Of a stretch of DNA of 38,539 nt, positions 29,512-38,539 are shown piece after piece (position 1 is the stretch's first letter; every line of letters begins with the position of its first letter). The stretch is from Myxococcota bacterium. GTDB lineage: Bacteria > Myxococcota > XYA12-FULL-58-9 > JALHOP01. The stretch covers positions 1 through 38,539 of the forward strand of contig JBGGMJ010000055.1 of the NCBI GenBank assembly GCA_041288095.1, read 5' to 3'. The notes beneath the pieces are model-generated. The model was not told where the DNA came from and searched no databases. It saw nothing but the letters and a program-made list of their open reading frames with translations. Made by a program: the position numbers and the translations under genes.

Positions 29512-32500
29512 TCAGCGACCGAAGAGCTTCCCGAGTAGGCCCTTGCGCTGCGCATTGCTCTCCGAAGGCGCCACTACCGACTCGGCAGTCATGCTGTCGA
29601 GAGCCGCGGCGACCTGTTGCAGAGAGTCGCGCAAAACCACGCGGGGACTCAAGCGCTTGCCGGTCTGTTTCTCGAGACTCGCGATAACGTTCAGGCAAAG
29701 GAGCGAGTGACCACCCAGCTCGAAGAAGTTGTCGTGCAGCCCGACACGCGGGTTCGAAAGCGCCTCGGCATAGGCAGCGGCAACCAGCTTCTCGCTCGGC
29801 GTCGATGGCGGGATGAGCGCGTGCTCTTCCACCGCCGAGGCAGCGAACGGCGGCGGCAAGCGCTTGCGGTCGACCTTGCCGTTGGGCGTAAGCGGGAAGG
29901 TATCGAGCTGCACGAAATGCTGCGGCACCATGTAGTCAGGCAGCGTCGTGCGCAGGTGCTTGCGCATCTCCGAATCGGTGACGTGGGCGCCCTTCTTGTG
30001 GATGAGGTAGCCGACCAGACGCACGTCGCCGGGAATGTCCTCGCGCACGCTCGCGACAGCGTCCGCGATAGAGGGGTGCGCGCGCAAAGCGCTCTCGATC
30101 TCCCCGAGCTCGATGCGGTAGCCGCGCACCTTCACCTGGGTGTCGTTACGGCGCATGTACGTGAGCGTGCCGCTCGCCTCCCAGCGCACCAGGTCACCCG
30201 TGCGGTAGGCGCGCTTGCCGCCGACGTCCACGAAACGCTCGGCGGTGAGGTCGGGTCGGTTCAAGTACTCGCGGGCGACGCCGTCGCCGCCGATGTAGAG
30301 CTCGCCGATGACGCCGATCGGCACCTGTTCGCGCCGGGGGTCGACGACCATGCACGTCGTGTTGGCGATGGGCGCGCCGATGCTCATGGCCTTGGCGTCG
30401 GGCGGCACGCGCCAACACGTCGACCAGATGGTGGTCTCGGTCGGACCGTACATGTTCCAGAGCTGGCCGACCTTGCCCGCAAGCTCGCGCCCGAGCTCCG
30501 GAGGCAGTGCCTCACCTCCGCAGAGCGCCTTGAAATTCCCGTCCGACCATCCTGTCTGCAATAACAGACGCCAGGTGGATGGGGTCGCCTGCATGACGGT
30601 GACGCCGTCGCGCTCGATGATCTTCTTGAGCTCGGCGCCGTCGCTGGCCTCTTCCTTGGTGGCGAGCACGATCCGCGCGCCGGTGACCAGCGGCAGGTAA
30701 AGCTCCAGCCCGGCGATGTCGAAGGAGAGCGTCGTCACCGCGAGCAGGCGATCGGCGGCGGTGAGCCCCGGCGTCCTCTGCATGGTGGCGAGGAAGTTCA
30801 CCAACGCGCGATGCGGCACCGCCACGCCCTTGGGCTTGCCGGTAGAGCCGCTGGTGTAGAGCACGTATGCCAACGACTCGGGTTTGTTGCGCGCCGGCCG
30901 CTCGAGCGGCGGTGCCGATTCGAGCTTGTCGACGAGCACTTGCTTGACCGCCGCTTTGGCGAAGGTCTCCTGCAGCGCGGTCTCGGTGATGATCACGGGC
31001 GCCTTGGAGTCGGCGACCATGAACTGGACGCGCTCCGCTGGGAACGCGGGGTCGAGCGGTACATAGGCGCCCCCGGCCTCTTGCACCGCCAGCGTGGCGA
31101 CGACCATCTCCACAGAGCGGTTCAGGTGGATGCCCACGAAGGTTCCGTCGGTGACACCGTTTTGCGCCAGCACACCGGCGAGCGCTTTCACGCGCGTCAC
31201 CAGATCCTTGTAGGTGATCTGCGTGGCCCCTTGGACGATGGCCACGGCATCGGGCGTCTTCTCCGCTTGAGCGAACACCATGCGATGCGCTTCGACCTTG
31301 GGGTAGTCGGCGGGCGTCGCGTTCCAACGAGCGAGGGTCTCGCGCTCGGCAGCCGGCAAGATCGGCAAGCGGCCGATTGGCATGCTGGGGTTGGCGGCGG
31401 CGCCGCTGAGCAAGGTGCGCAGCTCCTCGAGGAAGCGCAGCATGGTGTCGCGCTCGAAGAGGTTCGTCGCGTAGTCGATACCGCCGACGATGCCGTCGTC
31501 CCATTGCTTCACCCAGAACGACAGGTCGGTCGGGGTGACCTCGGCGTGCACGTGGATCTGACTGTAGGGCGCGCCGCCGAAGCTCGCGCCGCGATTGCGG
31601 ACATCTTGGAAGGTGAAGAACGATTGATAGACCGGCGTTCGCGAGGGATCGCGCGGCAGGTTCAGCTCTTTCACCAGGACTTCGAACGGCATGTCCTGGT
31701 TGCTGAAGGCGTCGAGCACGACGTTGCGCGTGCGCGTCAGCACCTCGCCGAACGTGGGCTCGCCCTTCAAGTCCAAACGTAGCGCCAGCGTGTTGACGAA
31801 GAAGCCGAGGAGACCGTCGATCTCGGGGATGCCGCGCCCGCGCACCGGCGTGCCGATGATGACGTCCTCGCCCTCGCTCATGCGGTAGAGCAGCACCGCG
31901 AAGCCGGCGAGCAGCGCCATGTAGAGCGTCGCATCGTATTGGCGCGCCATCGCGGTGAGCTTTTCGATCTCGTCCTTCGACATGGTGAAGGGGTCGGTGT
32001 GGCCCTTGAAGTCGAACTGCGCCGGGCGCGGCTTGTCGGTGGCGAGCTCGAGCGATGGCAACGGCGGCGTGAGTAGCTTCTTCCAGAACTGACTCTGCCG
32101 GCCGATCTCGGGTCCGCTCATGCGCTCGCTCTGCCAGCGCGCGAAGTCGGCGTAGGTCACCGGCAGCTGCTTCCAGGTCGGCGGCTCGTTCTTGACGGCG
32201 GAGGTGTAAGCTTTGTCGAGCTCCTCCAAGAATACGTCGAAGGACCAGCCGTCCCAGATGGCGTGATGCGGCATCCAGTAGAGGACGTGCTCCTCGGCGG
32301 CGAGCTTGAAGATATGCGCGACGACGAGCGGGAGCTTCGAGATGTCGATGGGCGTGTCGGCGATGTGCTGGACTTGGGCGAGCACCTTCGGCTCGCGCTC
32401 GGCCTGCGGCAACGACGTGAGATCGGAGACGGGTACCTCGAGCGTCAAGCTCGGGGCGATGCGTTGCATGGGCGCGCCATCGACCCACTCCAACGTCGTC

Positions 32501-35500
32501 CGCAGTGTCGAGTGACGGTCGACCAGCATCTGCAGCGCCTTCTGCATGCCCGCGATGTCGAACTTACCCTTGATGCGAAAGGCCGACGGCAAGTTGAAGA
32601 CCGCGGTGCCCGGGTCCATTTGCTCGGCGAACCACACGCGCTGTTGCATGGCGGTCAGGGGCGCCAAGTCCTGGCGCTCGCCGCGGCTGATGGCGGTGAC
32701 CGGCGTCGCCGCCGCCTTGTTGGCGTCGATGCTCGCGGCGAGCTTCGCCACCGTCGGCGACTCGAAGATGCGGCGCATCGGCACCGCGACCTTGAGATCA
32801 CGGGCGAGGCGCGACACCACGTGGGCGGCGAGCAGCGAGTGCCCGCCCAGATGGAAGAAGTTGTCGTCGACGCTGACCTTGGCCATGCCGAGCACTTCGC
32901 CGAAAATGCCGGCGACCTGACGCTCGAGGTCGTTGCGCGGCTCGACGTAGTTGCGTGGCGCGGCTTGCTCGCCGCTCGGGGCCGGCAAGCGCTTGCGGTC
33001 GCCCTTGTTGTTGGGCGTGAGCGGAAAAGCCTCGAGACGCACGTAGACTTGCGGCCGCATGTATTCGGGAAGGGTCTTACCGAGATGATCTCGCATCTCG
33101 TCGGCGGAGATGTCGCGCTTGGCGACCATATAACCAACGAGCCGTGGATCACCTTGTCGGTCTTCGCGGACAATAGCGACGGCGTCATGAACGTCGGCGT
33201 GCGAGCGCATGGCGCTCTCGATTTCGCCGAGCTCGATGCGGAAACCACGCAGCTTGATCTGAGTGTCGGCGCGGCCGACGAACTCGAGGTGGCCGTTGGC
33301 GTGGCGGCGCACCAAATCGCCGGTGCGGTAAGCGCGCTCGCCGTTCACCTGCAGGAAGCGCTCGGCCGTGAGATCGGCGCGACCGAGATACTCGCGAGCG
33401 ACGCCGTCACCCGCGATGTAGAGCTCGCCGACGATGCCCGGCAGCACCGCCTGCTTGTCGGCATCGAGCACGTACAAGCGCGTGTTGGCGATCGGCGGGC
33501 CCAGGTTCACGCGCGTGACGTTGGGCGCGAGCTTGGCGCACGTCGACCAGATCGTGGTCTCGGTCGGGCCATACATGTTCCACAGCGCCCCGACCCGCCC
33601 GCCGACGTCGCGTGCGAGCTCGGGTGAGACCGCTTCGCCGCCGCAGAGGGCGGTGAAGTCGCGGCCCCCGGTCCAGCCGCTGGCAAGGAGCAAGCGCCAG
33701 GTCGACGGCGTCGCCTGCATGTAGGTGACGCCTTCGTCCTTGATGAGGCGCACGAGCTCGGCACCGTCGGTGGTCTGGTCCTTGGTGGCGAGCACGATGC
33801 GCGCGCCGGTAATGAGCGGCAGGAAGATCTCGAGGCCGGCGATGTCGAAGGAGAGCGTGGTCACCGCGAGCAGACGGTCGTTGGCGGAAAGGCCCGGCTC
33901 CTTCTGCATGCCGACGAGGAAGTTCACCAAGGCGCGGTGCGGTACCGCGACGCCCTTGGGCTTGCCGGTCGAGCCACTGGTGTAGAGCACGTAGGCGAGA
34001 GCCTCGGGACGGTTGCGCTTGGGGCGCTGTGCCAAAGGCGCCTTGGCCTCGACCTTGTCGACCAGGATCTGCTTCACGTCGGACTGCGCGAACGTGTGTG
34101 AAAGCGCGCTCTCGGTGATCACTACCGGCGCCTTCGAGTCCGCGATCATGAACTGCAGGCGCTCGGCCGGGAACGCCGGGTCGAGCGGCACGTAGGCGCC
34201 ACCGGCTTCTTGCACCGCGAGGACCGCGACGATCATCTCGGGCGTGCGATTCAAGTGGATGCCGACGAAGGTCTCGTCCCCTACCCCGCTCTCGAGCAAG
34301 ACATCGGCGAGGGCACGTGCCTTCTCGGCGAGCTCCTTGTAAGTGAGCTTGCGGTGCCCCTGGACGATAGCGACCGCATCGGGAGTCTTGTCCGCTTGGG
34401 CGAACACGAGGTGATGAGCTTCGACCTTGGGAAACTCGGCGAAGGTGTCGTCGCGCGTCAGCTTGGCGCCGATCTCGAGAGCGCCGACGGTTCGCTCGGC
34501 GTGCGCCGCCCAGTCGCGCAGGAGCAGCTCGTACGCCGACATCCAGCGGCGCATGGTCGCGTCGTCGAAGAGATCGGTGTTGTACTGGCACTCGAGCGTC
34601 ACGACGCCGCGGTGCTCGGCCGCGTTGATGAAGATCTCGAAGTTTTCGTAGTGGCGCGGGTTGCTCGCGAACGAGGCCTTGAGGCCGTCGAAGGCCAGCT
34701 TGTCGCCGTCGACCGCTTGATCGACGTTGAAGAGCACGGAGACGAGCGGCAGACGCGACGGGTCGCGGGTGAGGCCGAGCTTCTTGACCAAGCTGCCGAA
34801 GGTGAGGCGCTGGTGCTCGACGGCGTCGAGCATGACGCCACGCACGCGCGACAACAGGGCCGAAGCAGGTTCCGCGCGCTGTGTCGTGAAGCGCAGCGGC
34901 AAGGCATTGACGCAATGCCCGACGAGCTCGCGCATGCCGGTCGCCGACTGTCCGGCCGACGGGATGGCTATGACAACTTCGTCTTGGTGCGTGAGGCGGT
35001 GCAGCAAGGCACCGAAGCCCGCGAGGAGCGTCGTGAAGAACGAGGTGCTGCTCTTGGCGCCGAGCTTCTTCACCGCTTCGACGAGCGGAGCGTCGAGCAG
35101 GTGGTCGATGCGCCGCGAGGCGTAGGTCTTCAGCTTGGGCCGCGGGCGGTCGAGGGGTAGCTCGAGCGGCTCCGGGGCGGAGCTGAACTGTTTGAGCCAG
35201 AAAGCCTCGTCGGCCGCGTAGTCCGCCGACTTCTCGTAGGCTGCCTGCGCGGTCGCGTAGTCGCTGTAGCGGACGGGCTTCGCGGTGTAGTCGGTCTTGC
35301 TCTTGCGCGCGCTGTAGAGCTTGCCGAGGTCGGCGAGCATGACGGCGAGCGACCAACCGTCGCAGATCACGTGGTGGGCGCTGAGCATCAGCACGTGCTG
35401 GCGCTCGGCCATCTTCACGAGCACGAAGCGGCAGAGAGGGCCCTGGCCCAAGTCGAAGGCGGTCTCGACCTCTTCGATCTTGATCTTGGCGAGAGTTGCC

Positions 35501-35835
35501 TCGCGCTCGCTCGCCCCCGCGCTCGCGAGGTCGACGCGACGCGGGGCGCTGATGATCGACTCGGCGACCACGAAGCTCTGACCGTCGGGCGTGAAGCTCA
35601 TGCGCAACGACTCGTGACGCTGCGTGAGATCGTTCAAGGCGAGATTCATGGCCTCGACGTCGAGCGCGCCGTCGAGGGTCAAGCTCACCGACTCGTTGAA
35701 GGCGCATGAAGCGTCGCTCCCGAGTTGCGAGGCGGTCCAAAGCTCGCGCTGTGCCTCGGTCGAAGCACCGGTGCTAACGAGCTCGGCTCCGGCGAACGGA
35801 TCGAAATCGACTGCTTCGAGCTTGGGTCCGCTCAC
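29512..35835 (-). CDS. Bimodular NRPS C-A(Gly)-T-C-A(Gly)-T, no TE/R domain
   Basis: C motifs HHVICDGWS and HHAIWDGWS; A motifs YTSGSTGKPKG, SFDIAGLE, NMYGPTETTIW, YRTGD, RIELGEIE (twice); T motifs FFxLGGHSLL (twice); pocket residues read as DILQLGMIWK in both, matching the established Gly code. Confidence 0.95.
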   Translation of the reverse strand: MSGPKLEAVDFDPFAGAELVSTGASTEAQRELWTASQLGSDASCAFNESVSLTLDGALDVEAMNLALNDLTQRHESLRMSFTPDGQSFVVAESIISAPRRVDLASAGASEREATLAKIKIEEVETAFDLGQGPLCRFVLVKMAERQHVLMLSAHHVICDGWSLAVMLADLGKLYSARKSKTDYTAKPVRYSDYATAQAAYEKSADYAADEAFWLKQFSSAPEPLELPLDRPRPKLKTYASRRIDHLLDAPLVEAVKKLGAKSSTSFFTTLLAGFGALLHRLTHQDEVVIAIPSAGQSATGMRELVGHCVNALPLRFTTQRAEPASALLSRVRGVMLDAVEHQRLTFGSLVKKLGLTRDPSRLPLVSVLFNVDQAVDGDKLAFDGLKASFASNPRHYENFEIFINAAEHRGVVTLECQYNTDLFDDATMRRWMSAYELLLRDWAAHAERTVGALEIGAKLTRDDTFAEFPKVEAHHLVFAQADKTPDAVAIVQGHRKLTYKELAEKARALADVLLESGVGDETFVGIHLNRTPEMIVAVLAVQEAGGAYVPLDPAFPAERLQFMIADSKAPVVITESALSHTFAQSDVKQILVDKVEAKAPLAQRPKRNRPEALAYVLYTSGSTGKPKGVAVPHRALVNFLVGMQKEPGLSANDRLLAVTTLSFDIAGLEIFLPLITGARIVLATKDQTTDGAELVRLIKDEGVTYMQATPSTWRLLLASGWTGGRDFTALCGGEAVSPELARDVGGRVGALWNMYGPTETTIWSTCAKLAPNVTRVNLGPPIANTRLYVLDADKQAVLPGIVGELYIAGDGVAREYLGRADLTAERFLQVNGERAYRTGDLVRRHANGHLEFVGRADTQIKLRGFRIELGEIESAMRSHADVHDAVAIVREDRQGDPRLVGYMVAKRDISADEMRDHLGKTLPEYMRPQVYVRLEAFPLTPNNKGDRKRLPAPSGEQAAPRNYVEPRNDLERQVAGIFGEVLGMAKVSVDDNFFHLGGHSLLAAHVVSRLARDLKVAVPMRRIFESPTVAKLAASIDANKAAATPVTAISRGERQDLAPLTAMQQRVWFAEQMDPGTAVFNLPSAFRIKGKFDIAGMQKALQMLVDRHSTLRTTLEWVDGAPMQRIAPSLTLEVPVSDLTSLPQAEREPKVLAQVQHIADTPIDISKLPLVVAHIFKLAAEEHVLYWMPHHAIWDGWSFDVFLEELDKAYTSAVKNEPPTWKQLPVTYADFARWQSERMSGPEIGRQSQFWKKLLTPPLPSLELATDKPRPAQFDFKGHTDPFTMSKDEIEKLTAMARQYDATLYMALLAGFAVLLYRMSEGEDVIIGTPVRGRGIPEIDGLLGFFVNTLALRLDLKGEPTFGEVLTRTRNVVLDAFSNQDMPFEVLVKELNLPRDPSRTPVYQSFFTFQDVRNRGASFGGAPYSQIHVHAEVTPTDLSFWVKQWDDGIVGGIDYATNLFERDTMLRFLEELRTLLSGAAANPSMPIGRLPILPAAERETLARWNATPADYPKVEAHRMVFAQAEKTPDAVAIVQGATQITYKDLVTRVKALAGVLAQNGVTDGTFVGIHLNRSVEMVVATLAVQEAGGAYVPLDPAFPAERVQFMVADSKAPVIITETALQETFAKAAVKQVLVDKLESAPPLERPARNKPESLAYVLYTSGSTGKPKGVAVPHRALVNFLATMQRTPGLTAADRLLAVTTLSFDIAGLELYLPLVTGARIVLATKEEASDGAELKKIIERDGVTVMQATPSTWRLLLQTGWSDGNFKALCGGEALPPELGRELAGKVGQLWNMYGPTETTIWSTCWRVPPDAKAMSIGAPIANTTCMVVDPRREQVPIGVIGELYIGGDGVAREYLNRPDLTAERFVDVGGKRAYRTGDLVRWEASGTLTYMRRNDTQVKVRGYRIELGEIESALRAHPSIADAVASVREDIPGDVRLVGYLIHKKGAHVTDSEMRKHLRTTLPDYMVPQHFVQLDTFPLTPNGKVDRKRLPPPFAASAVEEHALIPPSTPSEKLVAAAYAEALSNPRVGLHDNFFELGGHSLLCLNVIASLEKQTGKRLSPRVVLRDSLQQVAAALDSMTAESVVAPSESNAQRKGLLGKLFGR

Positions 35836-38539
35836 GCGTTCACCTGCATGTACTTACCCGGCTCGTTGGGATTCGGGACGAACCAGGCGGGGCGGCCCTC
35901 GCGGTCCTTGCCGAGGCGCGCGCCCGGGACAGGAGGCTTGTTGGCATCGAGGGATTGCGGCTCCGACTCCGCCTTGCCCGGCAGCAGGTCGCCGGCGATG
36001 AGCTCGCGCGTGCTCTCCTTCACGATGGCGATCATGCGATCGACATCGGCATCGCCGTGCGCGAGCGTCATGAAGCAAGGAAAGCCGTCGAGGATGTGCA
36101 GCCCCTTCTCGCGCATGGAGACGAACAACAGATCGCCCCAAGGCTGATCGCTGGTCATGACGATCTTCCACAGCGACGCGAAGCGCTTCACCTTCACCGG
36201 CGCCTCCACGTCGTGGAAGAACTGGTTGAGCTCGTCTTGGAATCGTTCCGCTTTCGCGCTCACGCCCGCCTGCACGGACGGACCGTGCTGCTTCAGGTAC
36301 TCACAGACCGCTTTGGCGGCGACGAGCGCGAACGGGTGACGCACGAAGGTACCAGCGAAGTAGGTCACACCGACGGGCGGCGTCGATGCGTCGCCGAACT
36401 GCCAGAAGCCGCCGTCGAGCGCGTCCAGCCAGGCGCGCTTGCCGGCGATGACGCCGATCGGCATGCCGCCGCCGATGACCTTACCGTAGGTGCCGATGTC
36501 CGCTTTGACGCCGTAGAATTCCTGAGCGCCGCCGTGGCCCATGCGCAGACCGGTGATGACCTCATCGAAGATGAGCGCGCTGCCCGACTTCTCGGTGATC
36601 TCACGCAGCGCGTGCACGAACTCGCGCGGCGCGAAGTCGGGACGGCGGCTCTGGATGGGCTCGATCATGACCGCCGCGAGCTCGTTCGCGCGCTCGCGGA
36701 TGATCTTCAGCGACTCGTCGGTGCCGTAGTCGAGCACCAGCACGTTGCCCACGTACTCGGGCATGATGCCCGGCGCCGCCGGTAGCGAGCGCAGGGACTT
36801 GCTCCCGCGCACGAGCACTTCGTCGAAGATGCCGTGGTAGCTGCCGGTGAAGATGGCGACCGTCTTGCGCCCGGTGACCGTGCGCGCGATGCGCAAGGCG
36901 CCCATGACCGCCTCGGACCCGGTGTTGCACCAGCCGGCGCGGTCGGCGCCGATGAGCTCGCAGAACATCTTCGCGACTTCACCCGCGAGCACGTGCTGCG
37001 GACCCAGCTCGTAGCCCTTGTCGAGCTGCTCGCGAATAGCCTTGACGATGAAGTCGGGGCTGTTGCCGAAGAAGTTCGAGCCAAAACCATTGAGCGCGTC
37101 GATGTACTCGTTGCCGTCGATGTCCCAGAGGCGGCAGCCCTTCGAGCGCTCGACGACGATTTGATAGACGAGCTCTTTCACCGCCGGGCGGAAACCAGTG
37201 ACGACGCGCGGGTCCGCGAGGTGCGGCCGATGCTCGGTGGTGTACGCCTTCGACTTGGCGGTCTTTTGAGTATAACGGCGCGTCAGGGCGTCGAGACGTG
37301 CCTGCTGTTTCGGCGTCATACCGCCGTCCGCCGTCGTGGTGATGCGCGCGATGGCGCCGAACGCTTTTTTGACGTCGTACTTCTGGGTGGCTTTGACCTC
37401 GTCGTCGTCTTTCGCGGCAACGGGTGTCGGCGCTCGGCTATCGGCAGTCGGCGCTCGGCTCTCCGCCATCGACACTCGGTTATCGACCATCGGCGCAGCC
37501 GACACCGCCTGCCCCGACAACAACGCCAACTGCTGCTGCATCACCCGCAGCTGCGCATCAATCAGCTGCCGCACCGGATCCCCACCCGCGACCGGCATCC
37601 CCATCTGCGGCGCGAATGCCAGCGACATCGCCACGGGCGCGGCAACCGGAGCCGCCGTAGCGGCAGGCTGCGGCGCCGCGGCGGCAACCCCAGCCCCGCT
37701 CGCTTCGAGGTGCGCGACGAGGGCGCCAAGCGTACCGAAGCTCTCCGTGAGCTGGCGGAACGTCACCTTGACGCCGAACTGCTGCTGCACCTTGAGCGCG
37801 AGCTGTGTGAGCAACAACGAGTCGACGCCAAGCTCGAAGAACGACGCTCCCGGATCAGCGGTGGCGAGATCCAATCCCGAGACGTCCTCGAACGCGCGCT
37901 TCAGGGCTTCGAGTGTTGCGTTGGCGTTGGGCATGGCTTCCACAATCTCCTGAGCGACTTGCACCTGGGCTGGTGCAACGTGCTGCTGCGGCGGCTCTAC
38001 GTTGGGTGGCGATGCCGCGGCGGCATCGATCCAGTGTCGCTTGCGATCGAAGGGATACGTCGGCAGCGCCACGCGGCGCACCTGCTCGTCGGCGTAGACC
38101 CGCGACCAATCGATGGGCACGCCCCAGCTCCACACTTGCGCTACGGCTTGCGCGAAGGCGCTGTCCTCGTCGTCCTCGATGTGACCTTCGGCGAGGCTCG
38201 GAACGACGCGTCCCCTGCCCTTCTCGGCGGGCTGCTGGCGCGCGAGCTGGCTCAAGGTGTTACGCGGGCCGCACTCGAGGAGGAGCCGCGCGCCGTCGCC
38301 TGCGATGGTCGCCATGGCATCGACGAAACGCACCGTCTTGCGCAGATGCGTGGCCCAGTATTCGACATTGGTCGCGAGCTTCGTGTCCACCCAGCCGCCG
38401 GTGACGGTCGATGCGAACGGGATGGTCGGGGCCGACAGCTTCACGCTCGTGACCGTCTCGCGGAACGCCGGCAGCGCTCCGTCCATCATCGCGGAGTGGA
38501 AGGCATGCGAGGTGTGCAGTGCCTTGACCGCTACGCCCT
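35832..38539 (-). CDS. Hybrid PKS, C-terminal part: AT(malonyl)-ACP-class III aminotransferase; 5' end outside window
   Basis: Frame open to the right edge (..GVAVKALHTSHAFHSAMMD); VRF, LECGP, LPTYPF; ACP FFELGVDSLL; AMT WDIDGNEYID, NTGSEA, SYHG, FDEVITG, YGKVIGGG; GTGA overlap with the NRPS. Confidence 0.93.
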   Translation of the reverse strand, partial: GVAVKALHTSHAFHSAMMDGALPAFRETVTSVKLSAPTIPFASTVTGGWVDTKLATNVEYWATHLRKTVRFVDAMATIAGDGARLLLECGPRNTLSQLARQQPAEKGRGRVVPSLAEGHIEDDEDSAFAQAVAQVWSWGVPIDWSRVYADEQVRRVALPTYPFDRKRHWIDAAAASPPNVEPPQQHVAPAQVQVAQEIVEAMPNANATLEALKRAFEDVSGLDLATADPGASFFELGVDSLLLTQLALKVQQQFGVKVTFRQLTESFGTLGALVAHLEASGAGVAAAAPQPAATAAPVAAPVAMSLAFAPQMGMPVAGGDPVRQLIDAQLRVMQQQLALLSGQAVSAAPMVDNRVSMAESRAPTADSRAPTPVAAKDDDEVKATQKYDVKKAFGAIARITTTADGGMTPKQQARLDALTRRYTQKTAKSKAYTTEHRPHLADPRVVTGFRPAVKELVYQIVVERSKGCRLWDIDGNEYIDALNGFGSNFFGNSPDFIVKAIREQLDKGYELGPQHVLAGEVAKMFCELIGADRAGWCNTGSEAVMGALRIARTVTGRKTVAIFTGSYHGIFDEVLVRGSKSLRSLPAAPGIMPEYVGNVLVLDYGTDESLKIIRERANELAAVMIEPIQSRRPDFAPREFVHALREITEKSGSALIFDEVITGLRMGHGGAQEFYGVKADIGTYGKVIGGGMPIGVIAGKRAWLDALDGGFWQFGDASTPPVGVTYFAGTFVRHPFALVAAKAVCEYLKQHGPSVQAGVSAKAERFQDELNQFFHDVEAPVKVKRFASLWKIVMTSDQPWGDLLFVSMREKGLHILDGFPCFMTLAHGDADVDRMIAIVKESTRELIAGDLLPGKAESEPQSLDANKPPVPGARLGKDREGRPAWFVPNPNEPGKYMQVNA
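37424..37493. repeat. Degenerate heptamer tandem repeat (NNNTCGG x10) inside the PKS ACP-AMT linker
   Basis: gtgtcgg cgctcgg ctatcgg cagtcgg cgctcgg ctctccg ccatcga cactcgg ttatcga ccatcgg. Confidence 0.85.

Noticed and set aside
29617-35740. Long alternative-frame and antisense ORFs in the NRPS (e.g. 33407..35740, 30512..32488, 32263..33627) and similar ones over ilv/leu genes
   Set aside because: Arg/Ala/Pro-rich shadow ORFs expected from high-GC codon bias; no domain motifs.

Overview
GC-rich bacterial chromosomal window, probably from a Myxococcota/deltaproteobacterial lineage (inferred from gene content only). Left to right it contains: (1) the 5' end of a probable HNH-endonuclease-type gene running off the left edge, preceded by about 435 bp of palindrome-rich non-coding DNA; (2) a branched-chain amino acid operon ilvB-ilvN-ilvC-leuA-leuC-leuD-leuB (- strand) with a divergent ilvD; (3) an uncharacterised envelope locus encoding a 1036-aa lipoprotein, a FadL/OmpP1-type barrel and an alpha/beta-hydrolase lipoprotein that has lost its catalytic Ser/His, with two different palindromic elements sitting on stop codons; (4) tatA, a CPXCG protein and a membrane-anchored MutS-like ATPase; (5) a sigma-54 enhancer-binding regulator followed by stress/envelope genes (REC, PAP2, DUF1469/DUF3618-like pair, PGPGW, DUF4398, DUF4398-OmpA, 4xBON) carrying five correctly spaced -24/-12 promoters, interleaved with SMUG1 and Fpg/Nei glycosylases; (6) the 3' part of a hybrid PKS-aminotransferase/NRPS cluster (AT-ACP-AMT, then C-A(Gly)-T-C-A(Gly)-T) with no thioesterase domain, followed by two atypical alpha/beta-hydrolases. 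No rRNA, tRNA or CRISPR array was recognised. The strongest candidates for undescribed systems are the TE-less PKS/NRPS with its Cys/Arg hydrolase pair, the lipoprotein-FadL-pseudohydrolase locus and the local sigma-54 regulon. All family assignments come from motif recognition by eye, without database searches.
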